A stretch of 64,000 bases of DNA. Source: a bacterium. GTDB lineage: Bacteria; Patescibacteriota; Minisyncoccia; Phycocordibacterales; SBAW01. A model generated the notes under the pieces. That model searched no databases. It was not told the DNA's origin and saw only the letters and a list, made by a program, of their open reading frames with translations. Position 1 is the stretch's first letter; each line of letters opens with the position of its first letter. Made by a program: the position numbers and the translations under genes. The stretch lies in the NCBI GenBank assembly GCA_005239955.1, contig SBAW01000011.1:6924-70923 (forward strand), read 5' to 3'. Shown in pieces: positions 17,900-27,442 of the stretch.

Positions 17900-18658
17900 A
17901 TGAAAAAGACACGACTTATAGTGGCTAACTGGAAGATGAATCCAGTTACATTCACGGAAGCAAAGAAAATTGTGGAAGCAACAAAGCGCGCGGCAAGCCG
18001 CGCGCGAGGCGTCTCTGTTGTTGTTTGTCCACCGGCAATCTATCTTGCCGCACTTAGGAAAGGGTCACGGGCGATGGCGTTTGGAGTCCAAGATATTGGA
18101 GCGCATGAGGCTGGGGCATTTACCGGAGAAATTTCGGCCGAGATGGCACGAAATAGTGGTGCAACCGTTGCTATAGTGGGGCATTCAGAACGTCGTCGTC
18201 TTGGCGAATCAAATGCCGTCGTTGCGAAAAAGGTGGCGGCAGCCCTTGCCGCCAAACTCACCCCCATCCTCTGTATCGGAGAGAATATACGCGACGCGGG
18301 GGGAGACTATTTAAGTGTTGTTCGTGCACAAATTATGGAAGGGCTTGCTGAAGTGTCGACTCCTCTCGTCCCCAAAGTCATCATTGCGTATGAACCGGTC
18401 TGGGCCATCGGGAAGAAAGCAGGCGATGCTATTTTGCCTGCCGACCTCCACGAGATGTCTATTTTTATAAAAAAAGTTATTGCGGAGCGTATTGATCGAG
18501 CGAAGGCGCTTAACGTCACGATTCTCTATGGCGGTTCGGTTGAGCCTGAAAACGCTCATGCGTTGTTGACGAGTGGTGATGTTGATGGATTTCTTGTTGG
18601 TCACACAAGTCTCGACACAACCGAATTCCCACTCGTCATCAAAGCCGCGGCATCATGA
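17900..18658 (+). CDS. tpiA: Triosephosphate isomerase
   Basis: ANWKMN, GAFTGEIS, VGHSERR, AYEPVWAIG, LYGGSV. Confidence 0.97.
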   Translation: MKKTRLIVANWKMNPVTFTEAKKIVEATKRAASRARGVSVVVCPPAIYLAALRKGSRAMAFGVQDIGAHEAGAFTGEISAEMARNSGATVAIVGHSERRRLGESNAVVAKKVAAALAAKLTPILCIGENIRDAGGDYLSVVRAQIMEGLAEVSTPLVPKVIIAYEPVWAIGKKAGDAILPADLHEMSIFIKKVIAERIDRAKALNVTILYGGSVEPENAHALLTSGDVDGFLVGHTSLDTTEFPLVIKAAAS

Positions 18659-19803
18659 GACTCCGAAGCATCGAGGAGGCAGGAGATCTTAAAGGTAAAC
18701 GTGTACTCGTCCGTGCGGGTTTTGATTTTGATCTCGACGAAGGTGAGGTTCCGGATGACTTTCGCATGCGCGCGGTCATCCCCACAATGAAATTCATACT
18801 CGCTCGCGGCGGCTCGCTCATTGTTATCGCCCATGAAGGTCGTCCCAAAGGCTCCGTTGTCTCACAGATGAGTCAACAGCCGCTCGTGCCAATTCTCTCA
18901 GAGCTTCTCGGTACAAAAGTGACATTCATGTCATCATCCACCGGCACAGACGTGCGTGCCGCAGCGAAGGTGCTCAACAGCGGTGACGTACTTCTTCTTG
19001 AAAACCTTCGTTTTGATTCACGAGAGGAAGAAAATGACAATGGTTTTTCGAAAGAGCTCGCTTCCCTTGCCGATCTCTATGTAAACGAAGCGTTTGCCAA
19101 CATCCACCGTCCCCACGCCTCAATTATCGGTATTCCGAAATTTCTTCCGGCCTATGCAGGACTGCAGGTTGTTAAAGAAATCGCAGTGCTTGAAGAAGCG
19201 CTTTCACCTATGCACCCAGCTATTGCATTAATCGGGGGAGCAAAATTTGAGACTAAAGTTCCCCTCATGACTCGCCTCATCGAGACTTACGATGAACTGT
19301 GTGTTGCCGGAGCGCTCGCAAACGATTTTTTCAAAGTAAACGGACATGAGACAGGCATTTCGCGCATATCGGAAGAGCTTCCGTCTGGACCATTGATAAC
19401 CAACCCAAAGCTCTCACTCCCCGTCGATATTGTGACTGAGAAAGGAGAGGAATCACGAACGGCCCACATATCGGACGTGCATCCCGACGAGCGCATTGCC
19501 GACATCGGTCCCGATACCATTGCGCTTTGGCAGGAAAAAATTCGCCACGCGAAGTTCGTATTGTGGAACGGCAACGTCGGAATCTACGAGCGTGGATTTT
19601 TTACCGGCGACAGGGCAATCGCCGAGATTATCAAGAAAACGGGTGTGCGCGCCGTCATCGGAGGCGGCAATACTCTCGCATCCCTTCGGGGGATCGCGTT
19701 TGACGAAGAAAAGGTTTTTCTCTCAACGGGCGGCGGCGCGATGCTCGAATTTCTCGCGAAAGGCACGCTCCCAGGACTTGAGCCGCTCAAGAGGAGGGGT
19801 TAG
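18655..19803 (+). CDS. pgk: Phosphoglycerate kinase
   Basis: LLENLRF, IGGAKFETK, LSTGGGAMLEFL. Confidence 0.95.
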   Translation: MRLRSIEEAGDLKGKRVLVRAGFDFDLDEGEVPDDFRMRAVIPTMKFILARGGSLIVIAHEGRPKGSVVSQMSQQPLVPILSELLGTKVTFMSSSTGTDVRAAAKVLNSGDVLLLENLRFDSREEENDNGFSKELASLADLYVNEAFANIHRPHASIIGIPKFLPAYAGLQVVKEIAVLEEALSPMHPAIALIGGAKFETKVPLMTRLIETYDELCVAGALANDFFKVNGHETGISRISEELPSGPLITNPKLSLPVDIVTEKGEESRTAHISDVHPDERIADIGPDTIALWQEKIRHAKFVLWNGNVGIYERGFFTGDRAIAEIIKKTGVRAVIGGGNTLASLRGIAFDEEKVFLSTGGGAMLEFLAKGTLPGLEPLKRRG

Positions 19804-19822
19804 GAGCTCCCAATAGAGGACG

Positions 19823-19860
19823 GGTTACTATTCCTATCCTATAGGATTAAAATAGTAACC
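19823..19860. terminator. Palindrome between convergent pgk and HIT genes
   Basis: GGTTACTATT...AATAGTAACC. Confidence 0.5.
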
Positions 19861-19885
19861 TTCTTTCGCAACTGTACCCACTCGA

Positions 19886-20266
19886 TTATCTGAGAGCTGC
19901 ACGCAACTTTTCGGCGTTTCTGGCGAAATCTTTTTTGTCACCAACGTCGCCCTTCGTCCACGGAGAGGGGAAGAGCCACACATGCGCATGGTGGACTTCG
20001 TCGCCCATGATGCGGCTTACCACTGACTCGTTATCAAATGCCTTCTGCTGTGCTCTCGCTATTCTTTGCACAACCCTAAAATAGTCGCCAATATCCGGGT
20101 AGTCCCATACCCATCGGTAATGTTCCTTCGGGATCACTTGTACGTGGCCAGCCGATTGTGGATTGATATCGAGGAATGCCACAAAACGCTCATCTTCGTA
20201 AACCTTGTAAGAAGGTAGATCGCCTCGAACGATCTGACAAAATACGCAGTTCGTTTCGCTCGTCAT
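19886..20266 (-). CDS. HIT-family hydrolase
   Basis: CVFCQIV, AFLDINP, GHVQVIPKEH, HHAHVWL (third His replaced by Trp). Confidence 0.9.
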   Translation of the reverse strand: MTSETNCVFCQIVRGDLPSYKVYEDERFVAFLDINPQSAGHVQVIPKEHYRWVWDYPDIGDYFRVVQRIARAQQKAFDNESVVSRIMGDEVHHAHVWLFPSPWTKGDVGDKKDFARNAEKLRAALR

Positions 20267-20280
20267 GCTACGATTTTAGC

Positions 20281-21999
20281 ATGGCAACCTATCAGCTTCG
20301 CGACGCGCCTTCAATTGATGCACTCGCGGAGCTTCAAGAGTACCCACCGCTTCTTGCGCACCTCCTTGCGATACGCGGTGTCAACAAAAAGACAGACGCC
20401 GAGGATTTCCTCAATCCTTCCTACGAGTCGCATATTCACGACCCATTCCTTATGCCGGACATGGAAAAGGCGGTGGAGCGAATTCTTTCTGCGATGGAGA
20501 AGCGGGAGCGCATCGTTATCTGGAGCGACTACGACTGTGACGGCATTCCCGGCGGGGCGCTTCTCCATGACTTTTTTAAGAAGGTCGGTTATCTCAATTT
20601 CCGCAACTACATCCCGCATCGCCACACGGAAGGCTATGGACTCAATGTCGCGGGATTAGAAAAACTTGCGGAAGAAGAAACGAAGCTCATCATCACCGTT
20701 GATTCAGGCATTACCGATGTTACCCCGGTTGAGCGTGCACACGAACTCGATATCGATGTGATCGTGACCGACCATCACCTTCCTGGCCCCACCCTTCCTG
20801 ACGCGTATGCGGTCATTAATGTGAAGCGTACCGATAGTACGTATCCGTTTGATGGACTCTGTGGCGCGGCAACCGCATGGAAGCTTGTCGTTGCGCTCGT
20901 CATGCGCGGAAAGGATCGGATGGGATGGAATATCCCCGTTGGTTGGGAGAAATGGCTTCTCGATTTAGCAGGGCTCGCGACCATCGCCGACATGATGCCG
21001 CTTGTTGGCGAGAATCGCGCGCTCGCGCATTTCGGACTCAAGGTAATGCGGAAAGGCCGTCGGGCGGGGTTACGAGAACTCCTCGGTGTTACCCGGACAA
21101 ATGTCCCCAATCTCTCGGAAGATGATATTGGTTTTACGGTTGCGCCACGCATCAATGCGGCCTCGCGCATGGATACGCCGGAAGATGCGTTCGAACTTTT
21201 AACAACCACTGATAGTGTACGCGCAAAGACGCTCGCCACGCACCTCAATAAAATCAACGATCAGCGTAAAGGTGTGGTCGCAGCAACCGTCAAAGAGATC
21301 AAGCACAAAGTCCGCGCTGGAGAAGAGAAGCCGCTCATCGTGATGGGGAACCCCGCGTGGCGTCCCGGCCTTTTGGGACTTGCCGCGAACTCAGTCGTTG
21401 AAGAATTCAACCGCCCCGTGTGTCTCTGGGGCAGGGAAGGCGGGGATATTATCAAAGGCTCATGTCGTTCGGACGGAAGTGTAAATGTCGTTGAACTGAT
21501 GAGTGTTGCGCGCGATGTCTTCATTGATTTTGGTGGCCACAAATTCTCTGGAGGCTTTTCCGTAACGCACGAGAATGTGCACCTCCTTGAAGAGCGGCTC
21601 ACGATAGCCTATGCGGAGGTAAAAATGCGCGAATCAGTCGAAGAGCCAACACCGATTGATGCCACGATGACGCTCGATGAGGTAACTGACGCGACCTATC
21701 GCTCCATTGAGAAGCTCGCACCCTTCGGCGAAGGAAATCCAAAACCACTCTTTCTCTTTGAAAATGTCACCGTTGAATCAGTGCGACAATTTGGAAAAGA
21801 CAATAATCACCTCGAACTTATCTTCGCTCGCGAGAATAGTCGACCAGTAAAAGCCATCGCATTTTTCGCGACGCCAGGTACCTACGACGTTGAGCTTCTG
21901 CCGGGGAAGAAAGTAAATCTTATTGCCAACTTCGAACGGTCGTTCTTTATGAATCGTCCGGAACTCCGGTTGCGGATCGTTGATATGATGGCCCCATGA
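20281..21999 (+). CDS. recJ: ssDNA-specific exonuclease RecJ
   Basis: DYDCDG, TVDSG, TDHH, PRINAASR, GSCRS, FGGH, LAPFGEGNP. Confidence 0.96.
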   Translation: MATYQLRDAPSIDALAELQEYPPLLAHLLAIRGVNKKTDAEDFLNPSYESHIHDPFLMPDMEKAVERILSAMEKRERIVIWSDYDCDGIPGGALLHDFFKKVGYLNFRNYIPHRHTEGYGLNVAGLEKLAEEETKLIITVDSGITDVTPVERAHELDIDVIVTDHHLPGPTLPDAYAVINVKRTDSTYPFDGLCGAATAWKLVVALVMRGKDRMGWNIPVGWEKWLLDLAGLATIADMMPLVGENRALAHFGLKVMRKGRRAGLRELLGVTRTNVPNLSEDDIGFTVAPRINAASRMDTPEDAFELLTTTDSVRAKTLATHLNKINDQRKGVVAATVKEIKHKVRAGEEKPLIVMGNPAWRPGLLGLAANSVVEEFNRPVCLWGREGGDIIKGSCRSDGSVNVVELMSVARDVFIDFGGHKFSGGFSVTHENVHLLEERLTIAYAEVKMRESVEEPTPIDATMTLDEVTDATYRSIEKLAPFGEGNPKPLFLFENVTVESVRQFGKDNNHLELIFARENSRPVKAIAFFATPGTYDVELLPGKKVNLIANFERSFFMNRPELRLRIVDMMAP

Positions 22000-22421
22000 A
22001 ACGCGTAACGATTTATGCGGACGGGGGGGCGAGAGGCAATCCAGGGCCAGCGGGGGCAGGAGCAGTCATTCTTGATGAAAAAGGGAAAGTGTTAAAGGAA
22101 GTCTCTTCTTATTTGGGGGAGCAGACAAACAATTTTGCGGAATACGAAGCAGTGATACAGTCTCTTACTACACTCAAAAAACTCATTCCAGAAAAAGCAC
22201 GTAAAGATCTTCCTGTTGAAGTAAAGATGGATTCAGAGCTTGTTGTCCGGCAACTCAACGGCCTCTATCAAATAAAAGAAGAGACACTCTTTCCAAAATT
22301 TATTGCCGTGCACAACATGCGGGTGAAAGATTTCCCGCGCGTCACGTTCACCCATGTGCGCCGAGAAGAAAACAAAGAAGCTGACCGGCTCGTCAACGAC
22401 GCGATTGATCGCGGATCATGA
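21996..22421 (+). CDS. rnhA: Ribonuclease HI
   Basis: YADGGARGNPGPAG, TNNFAEYEA, DSELVVRQ, HVRREENKEADRL. Confidence 0.93.
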   Translation: MKRVTIYADGGARGNPGPAGAGAVILDEKGKVLKEVSSYLGEQTNNFAEYEAVIQSLTTLKKLIPEKARKDLPVEVKMDSELVVRQLNGLYQIKEETLFPKFIAVHNMRVKDFPRVTFTHVRREENKEADRLVNDAIDRGS

Positions 22422-22777
22422 ACACACCCGTCAAATCATTTGTCACAGCAACCACTTTGGCAATCGTCGCGCTTCTCGGCGTTTCGATGTGGTGGCACAA
22501 CACATGGCTTCTCATTCCGTTTCTTATCCTCTGCGGCACCCTCCTCTGGCTCCTTCGGCGTTCGCGCGAAGACATTTACCTCTATTTTTTTGTTGCTGTT
22601 ATCGGACCGCTGTTTGAAATGATCGGCATTGCCGGAGGCGCGTGGCAGTACGCGGAGCCGTCGCTCTTTACCGTTCCGCTCTGGCTCCCGTTCTTGTGGG
22701 GCGCGGCGGCGCTCTATGTACGAAACTTTCTCGCGCTCATTGAACGCCGCGCCCCATCGAAATTCCTGAAGCAATGA
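22418..22777 (+). CDS. Small membrane protein (DUF2878-like)
   Basis: Four TM segments; GPLFE..GAWQY, PLWLPFLW. Confidence 0.75.
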   Translation: MNTPVKSFVTATTLAIVALLGVSMWWHNTWLLIPFLILCGTLLWLLRRSREDIYLYFFVAVIGPLFEMIGIAGGAWQYAEPSLFTVPLWLPFLWGAAALYVRNFLALIERRAPSKFLKQ

Positions 22778-23091
22778 AAAGAGAAACATACTTGTTTGCC
22801 GGCGCCACAGGCATCCTTGTCCTGGGGCTCACTGTGGCTTTTCTTTTTTCAAGTAACACAACAATCGTCATCGGGGCGCTTCTTCTCACCGCACTTTTTA
22901 TGTGGCTTCTTCAGCCAACGCTTGATGGACTCGCATTTTATCTTCTCATCGTCATTATTGGGCCACTCATTGATGTGGTTTCAGGCTCCGCAGGTGAAAC
23001 GCGCGAAGGGCTCCTTAGTCTTCCACTGTGGTCACCGCTTCTCGGAGGTCTTGCAGTTCTCTATCTCAAAAGCTTTCTCTTGATTCTCTAA
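22774..23091 (+). CDS. Small membrane protein, apparent tandem paralog of the previous gene
   Basis: IIGPLID and LPLWSPLLGGLAVLYL mirror VIGPLFE and VPLWLPFLWGAAALYV. Confidence 0.7.
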   Translation: MKRETYLFAGATGILVLGLTVAFLFSSNTTIVIGALLLTALFMWLLQPTLDGLAFYLLIVIIGPLIDVVSGSAGETREGLLSLPLWSPLLGGLAVLYLKSFLLIL

Positions 23092-23095
23092 GCCC

Positions 23096-24604
23096 ATGGC
23101 ATCCCGTGGTGTCGGCTTATTCTACGGAGCGGCACTGGGGTTTACCCTCGGCATATTCTTCCGCTCATTTGTTGATGGAGGATTTGCACTTGGAGTTCTG
23201 GTCCTCTTTCTGGGAGCGATTATTGGCCTTCTCTCGTTTCGTGAAAAGCGTGTATTTATCATCGCATTCGTGTTGGTGGGTATAGGAGGAGGGTTCTTGC
23301 GTCTTGATATTGCTGAGTTGCGCGCACCACAAGTTCTTGAGAATCGTGTCGGTGCACGCACCGTCCTTACCGGTATTGTTACCGATGAACCCGACGAGCG
23401 AGGGAATCACACGAAGCTTGCGGTGACCATTGTAAACAATGACGGCAAAAAAGAAGGCAGGGTTCTTGTTACGACCGATGTACATCCGCGCTACGCATAC
23501 GGTGATCGGTTACGCATCGTAGGGGGAATACAACTGCCAAAAACGTTTGAAGAAGAGGGTCGCGTCTTCGATTACCCCATGTATCTGCGAAAGGAGGGGA
23601 TTTGCTGTGTGATGTACTATCCGCAGGTTGAAAAAATCGCCGAAAGTAAAGGGAATGTAATCGTCGCAACACTTTTTAACCTCAAAGATGCATTCCTTGA
23701 GCGAGTCTCTCGTGTGATCCCTGAGCCGCAAAACGCTCTTCTCGCGGGACTTGTGGTTGGGGCAAAACAATCGCTCGGCGAACAATATCTTGAGCTCTTT
23801 CGGCGGGTCGGCATCATTCATATTGTCGTGCTGTCGGGCTACAACCTTCTTGTGGTTGCCCGATTCCTCATGGGGCTACTTGAGAAACTGCGCCCCCCCG
23901 TCAAAACAGGAGTCGGTATGGTAGGAATTGTGCTTTTTGCGATCATGACTGGCGCATCAGCAACAACGGTACGAGCAAGCGCTATGGCGCTCCTCTCGCT
24001 TGCGGCACAAGCAACGTCCCGCCTTTATTTGGTGACGCGTGCGTTAGTTGTCGCAGGCCTCCTCATGCTTATCGTCAATCCGTATCTCCTCGTCTTTGAT
24101 GCATCATTTCAACTATCATTTCTCGCAACGGTGGGGCTCATTTATTTCTCGCCTTATTTTGAACGCGTCTTTTCGTGGGTCCCAAAGCGATTTGCGCTCC
24201 GCGAAATTGCGGCAGCTACTGTTGCAACACAACTTGCGGTCTTGCCGCTTCTCCTCTATCAAACCGGACTTTTTTCGCTCGTTTCGCTTCCGGTCAATCT
24301 CCTCATTCTCCCTATCATCCCCCTCACCATGTTTCTCGGATTTCTCACCGGTATGCTCGGATTTATAAGTGTGTGGCTCTCACTTCCTTTTGCTTATCTC
24401 TCGCACCTCCTCCTTTCATACATCTTTCTTATTTCGCAGTGGTTCAACAAACTGCCATTTGCAGCCTACGATCTTGGGGAATTTCCTCTTTGGGCACTCG
24501 CACTTTCATACGGCGCTCTTGTGGCGCTTGTCGTCTGGAAGCGGAAAATAGTAAGACCAACTACGAGAGCGTCAGAAAACGTTGCTCTGCCACATCCCAA
24601 TTGA
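23096..24604 (+). CDS. comEC: ComEC/Rec2 competence channel (OB and competence domains)
   Basis: GIIHIVVLSGYN, TGASATTVRA, SFQLSFLAT, LPVNLLILP. Confidence 0.93.
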   Translation: MASRGVGLFYGAALGFTLGIFFRSFVDGGFALGVLVLFLGAIIGLLSFREKRVFIIAFVLVGIGGGFLRLDIAELRAPQVLENRVGARTVLTGIVTDEPDERGNHTKLAVTIVNNDGKKEGRVLVTTDVHPRYAYGDRLRIVGGIQLPKTFEEEGRVFDYPMYLRKEGICCVMYYPQVEKIAESKGNVIVATLFNLKDAFLERVSRVIPEPQNALLAGLVVGAKQSLGEQYLELFRRVGIIHIVVLSGYNLLVVARFLMGLLEKLRPPVKTGVGMVGIVLFAIMTGASATTVRASAMALLSLAAQATSRLYLVTRALVVAGLLMLIVNPYLLVFDASFQLSFLATVGLIYFSPYFERVFSWVPKRFALREIAAATVATQLAVLPLLLYQTGLFSLVSLPVNLLILPIIPLTMFLGFLTGMLGFISVWLSLPFAYLSHLLLSYIFLISQWFNKLPFAAYDLGEFPLWALALSYGALVALVVWKRKIVRPTTRASENVALPHPN

Positions 24605-25142
24605 GGTTTTTGAAAAATGCCTCAATATAATTTTTCTTTTCTGCCGGCGTGTAGTCAACCATGTAGGCATGCTCCCACATGTCCATGGCAAGGATGACGG
24701 GAAGCCCGGCGAGCTGTCCAAGTTCGTGATCACCCACCCACGCGCTATGAAATTTTTTTACCTTGGGGTCGAAATACAAAATTGTCCATCCAATGCCGCG
24801 CGTCATGCCCACTGCTTTAAAGTGTCCGAGCCACGTTTCAAACGAGCCGTGTTGGGCGCCAAGCGCCGCCTGGAGACGTGATGCATCGGGGTTCACCCCT
24901 TTCTCCCACTGCGAGAAGTAATATTCGTGCATGCGCATACCATCAAATTCAAACGGGAGACGGCGGTGCACCTCGCCAAGCGCGTAGGCATTTTTCTCGG
25001 CATCTTTCATGAGATCTTTCTCAACATCAAGAAGGGTGTTGAGAAATTTCACGTAGCCGCCATAGAGCTTGAGGTGTACGTCGAGCTGCTTTTGCGAGAT
25101 ACCCTCAAGCGCCGGAAGATCGAATTTTTGTTCCTGGTACAT
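24561..25142 (-). CDS. Fe/Mn superoxide dismutase family protein
   Basis: HLKLYGGYV, MHEYYF, MDMWEHAYMVDY, FFKNLNW. Confidence 0.88.
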   Translation of the reverse strand: MYQEQKFDLPALEGISQKQLDVHLKLYGGYVKFLNTLLDVEKDLMKDAEKNAYALGEVHRRLPFEFDGMRMHEYYFSQWEKGVNPDASRLQAALGAQHGSFETWLGHFKAVGMTRGIGWTILYFDPKVKKFHSAWVGDHELGQLAGLPVILAMDMWEHAYMVDYTPAEKKNYIEAFFKNLNWDVAEQRFLTLS

Positions 25143-25187
25143 AGTCTCGTAGAAGGTGATAGGTTATAGGTGTTAGCAGTATATCAA

Positions 25188-26069
25188 ATGGTCCGAATTA
25201 GGCGTTTCCTGAAAACTTTTGAGTCCTATGCCGCGCTTGTTATTTTCATTATCTTATTCTGTGCCGCTTTTATTATCGCGGTTCACGCATTCGGAAATGC
25301 GGGAAGTGGGAGGCTCGCCGTTGCCTTCCTCGACGTGGGGCAGGGGGACGCGATCTATATTGAATCGCCGACCGGAGTACAGGTGCTTATTGATGGCGGT
25401 CCCGACAAATCAGTGCTCGCGGAACTAAGCAGCGTGATGCCATTCTTTGACCGCTCGCTCGACGCTCTTGTTGTCACGAATCCGGATCAGGATCATTTTG
25501 CGGGATTTATTGATGTGCTCAATCGCTACGATGTCAGCACATTCATTGAGCCGGGCGTAGAAAAACTGTCGGGGAGCTGGGAAGATTTAGAGCGTCGTGT
25601 TGGTGAGGAGGGCGCGGCGCGCGTTGTTGCGCGCCGCGGGCAATCGATTGATATCGGTGGGGGAGCGGTCATTGATATTTTGTTTCCCGACCGAGATGTT
25701 GCGGGTGTCGAGTCAAATACCGGCTCCATCATCGCGCGACTGCGCTATGGCGCGAGCAGTGTTCTACTTATGGGCGATTCGGTGAAAGGGGTTGAGGAAT
25801 ATCTGGTGTCACTTGATGGTCCGCATCTTCGAAGCGATATCCTTAAAATCGGCCATCACGGTTCGCGCACATCGACCTCCGACGCGCTTCTCTTTGCCGC
25901 GACACCCGCAATTGCGATCATCTCTGCCGGCAAAGACAACCGCTACGGCCATCCGCACCAAGAAGTCATAGATACACTCAGACGTTTCAACGTTGAAACA
26001 CTTATTACCGCGAACGAAAACACCGTCCTCTTTGAGAGCGATGGTGTTTTGTTTCGAAGAATCGATTGA
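25188..26069 (+). CDS. ComEC-type metallo-beta-lactamase-fold nuclease (stand-alone)
   Basis: FLDVGQGDA, LIDGG, TNPDQDHFAG, LKIGHHGS, NRYGHPH. Confidence 0.9.
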   Translation: MVRIRRFLKTFESYAALVIFIILFCAAFIIAVHAFGNAGSGRLAVAFLDVGQGDAIYIESPTGVQVLIDGGPDKSVLAELSSVMPFFDRSLDALVVTNPDQDHFAGFIDVLNRYDVSTFIEPGVEKLSGSWEDLERRVGEEGAARVVARRGQSIDIGGGAVIDILFPDRDVAGVESNTGSIIARLRYGASSVLLMGDSVKGVEEYLVSLDGPHLRSDILKIGHHGSRTSTSDALLFAATPAIAIISAGKDNRYGHPHQEVIDTLRRFNVETLITANENTVLFESDGVLFRRID

Positions 26070-26072
26070 GGC

Positions 26073-26315
26073 CTAGATAACCCCCGCCTCTTTGAGTGCG
26101 CGATAGGCACCCTTCTTGTTGATGGTCTTAATCCCGCGGGCAGAGAGCGTCAACGTAAAGGTACGCTTTAACTCCGGCACATAAATGCGCTTTTTTTGGA
26201 AATTGGCATGCTTCCGAAGATTGCCGCCAGGGTTAAATTTCGTGGCGCGGATACGGTTGCTGTAGCGACCGCCGACCATCGAGCTTTGTTTGGTGATGGG
26301 ACAGATTTTGGCCAT
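26073..26315 (-). CDS. rpmB: 50S ribosomal protein L28
   Basis: MAKICPITK...ANFQKKRIYVPELKR...LSARGIKTINKKG. Confidence 0.88.
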   Translation of the reverse strand: MAKICPITKQSSMVGGRYSNRIRATKFNPGGNLRKHANFQKKRIYVPELKRTFTLTLSARGIKTINKKGAYRALKEAGVI

Positions 26316-26378
26316 AGAAAGTACCGCGCATGGTATCATCCTTAAGTACGGTGCGCAACGTTTGTAGAATCCTGCTCT

Positions 26379-27014
26379 ATGGAAATTATTTTTATCGTTG
26401 TCGTCCTCGTCCTCTCGGTCATCATTCACGAAGTCTCACACGGCTACGCGGCTGCGCTTCTTGGTGACCCCACTGCCCGCCTCGCGGGGCGCCTCACCCT
26501 TAACCCCATCCCACATATCGACCTGTTCGGATCAATCCTTCTTCCGGCACTCCTCCTTTTTACGAACTCCGGATTTCTCATTGGGTGGGCAAAACCGGTT
26601 CCCTATAACCCGCACAACCTAAGGTGGCCACACATGGGCGAGGCGGTCGTTGCCGCGGCAGGGCCTTTGGTTAATCTTGCGATCGCGCTTATCTCAGGGC
26701 TCCTTATTCGTGCGAGCGACAGCCTTGCGTTTATTACCCCGGGCACGATTGAGCTTCTTTCAACCATTGTCTCGATCAACATCATTCTCGCGCTCTTTAA
26801 CCTCGTCCCCATTCCACCCCTTGATGGTTCAAAAGTCCTTGCGGCAATCCTCCCGTACTCCCTCGCGAGGGTTTACAACAATTTCCTTCGGTTTGTTGAG
26901 GGGTACGGCTTTTTTGCCGCCATTGCGTTCGTTCTGCTTTTTCTCTACCTTTTTTCGGCTCCTTTTACCGCACTCATTCGTTCCATATTTACCCTCTTTA
27001 CGGGTCTACCTTAG
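26379..27014 (+). CDS. Site-2 protease (M50)
   Basis: HEVSH, AAGPLVN, FNLVPIPPLDG. Confidence 0.93.
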   Translation: MEIIFIVVVLVLSVIIHEVSHGYAAALLGDPTARLAGRLTLNPIPHIDLFGSILLPALLLFTNSGFLIGWAKPVPYNPHNLRWPHMGEAVVAAAGPLVNLAIALISGLLIRASDSLAFITPGTIELLSTIVSINIILALFNLVPIPPLDGSKVLAAILPYSLARVYNNFLRFVEGYGFFAAIAFVLLFLYLFSAPFTALIRSIFTLFTGLP

Positions 27015-27070
27015 AAGTTGCGCCACAGAAGGCTCATATAGTAGAGTAAGCGAGCGCGAGAGCGCGTTTT

Positions 27071-27439
27071 TCGTTGAAGATTAAGAAGCCGAGAGGCGAC
27101 TATAATCTTCACGACCCTGTTAAATCCTTTCAAATTTGGCAAATGTATCACTATACGTATGTGCTCTTGTCGAGGAAAGACGGCAAGTTCTATACGGGGT
27201 ATACCAAAGATTTGAAAGGACGATTTGAGGAACATCACCGTGGTGGAGTGAAGTCGACTAAAGATCGACGTCCACTCGAGCTTATATACTACGAGGCGTG
27301 TCGAGATCGCAACGACGCTCGACATCGCGAACAGTATTTGAAGACTCATCACGGCAAGATGTTCTTGCATAATCGTCTCAAATCGTATTTAACAGGGTCT
27401 AAGAGCTTCTAAGCTCGTTTTCGCTCGCAAAGAATCTCT
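27071..27439 (+). mobile_element. Putative GIY-YIG-carrying mini-element: hairpin A, TIR, gene, TIR, hairpin B
   Basis: 13-bp perfect IR GACCCTGTTAAAT (27113-27125) / ATTTAACAGGGTC (27387-27399); hairpins 27071-27114 and 27402-27439; homologous inverted copy at 33188-33322. Confidence 0.7.
27143..27412 (+). CDS. Stand-alone GIY-YIG nuclease
   Basis: YTYVL...FYTGYT.DL..RF.EH..G...STK.RRP.ELIYYE......A..RE.YLK; 89 aa. Confidence 0.9.
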   Translation: MYHYTYVLLSRKDGKFYTGYTKDLKGRFEEHHRGGVKSTKDRRPLELIYYEACRDRNDARHREQYLKTHHGKMFLHNRLKSYLTGSKSF

Positions 27440-27442
27440 AAG

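Noticed and set aside
27010-27413. Outer 8-bp IR CTTAGAAG/CTTCTAAG as the true ends of the GIY-YIG element
   Set aside because: It is short, overlaps the M50 stop codon and is not reproduced in the tuf-rpsJ copy; probably chance.
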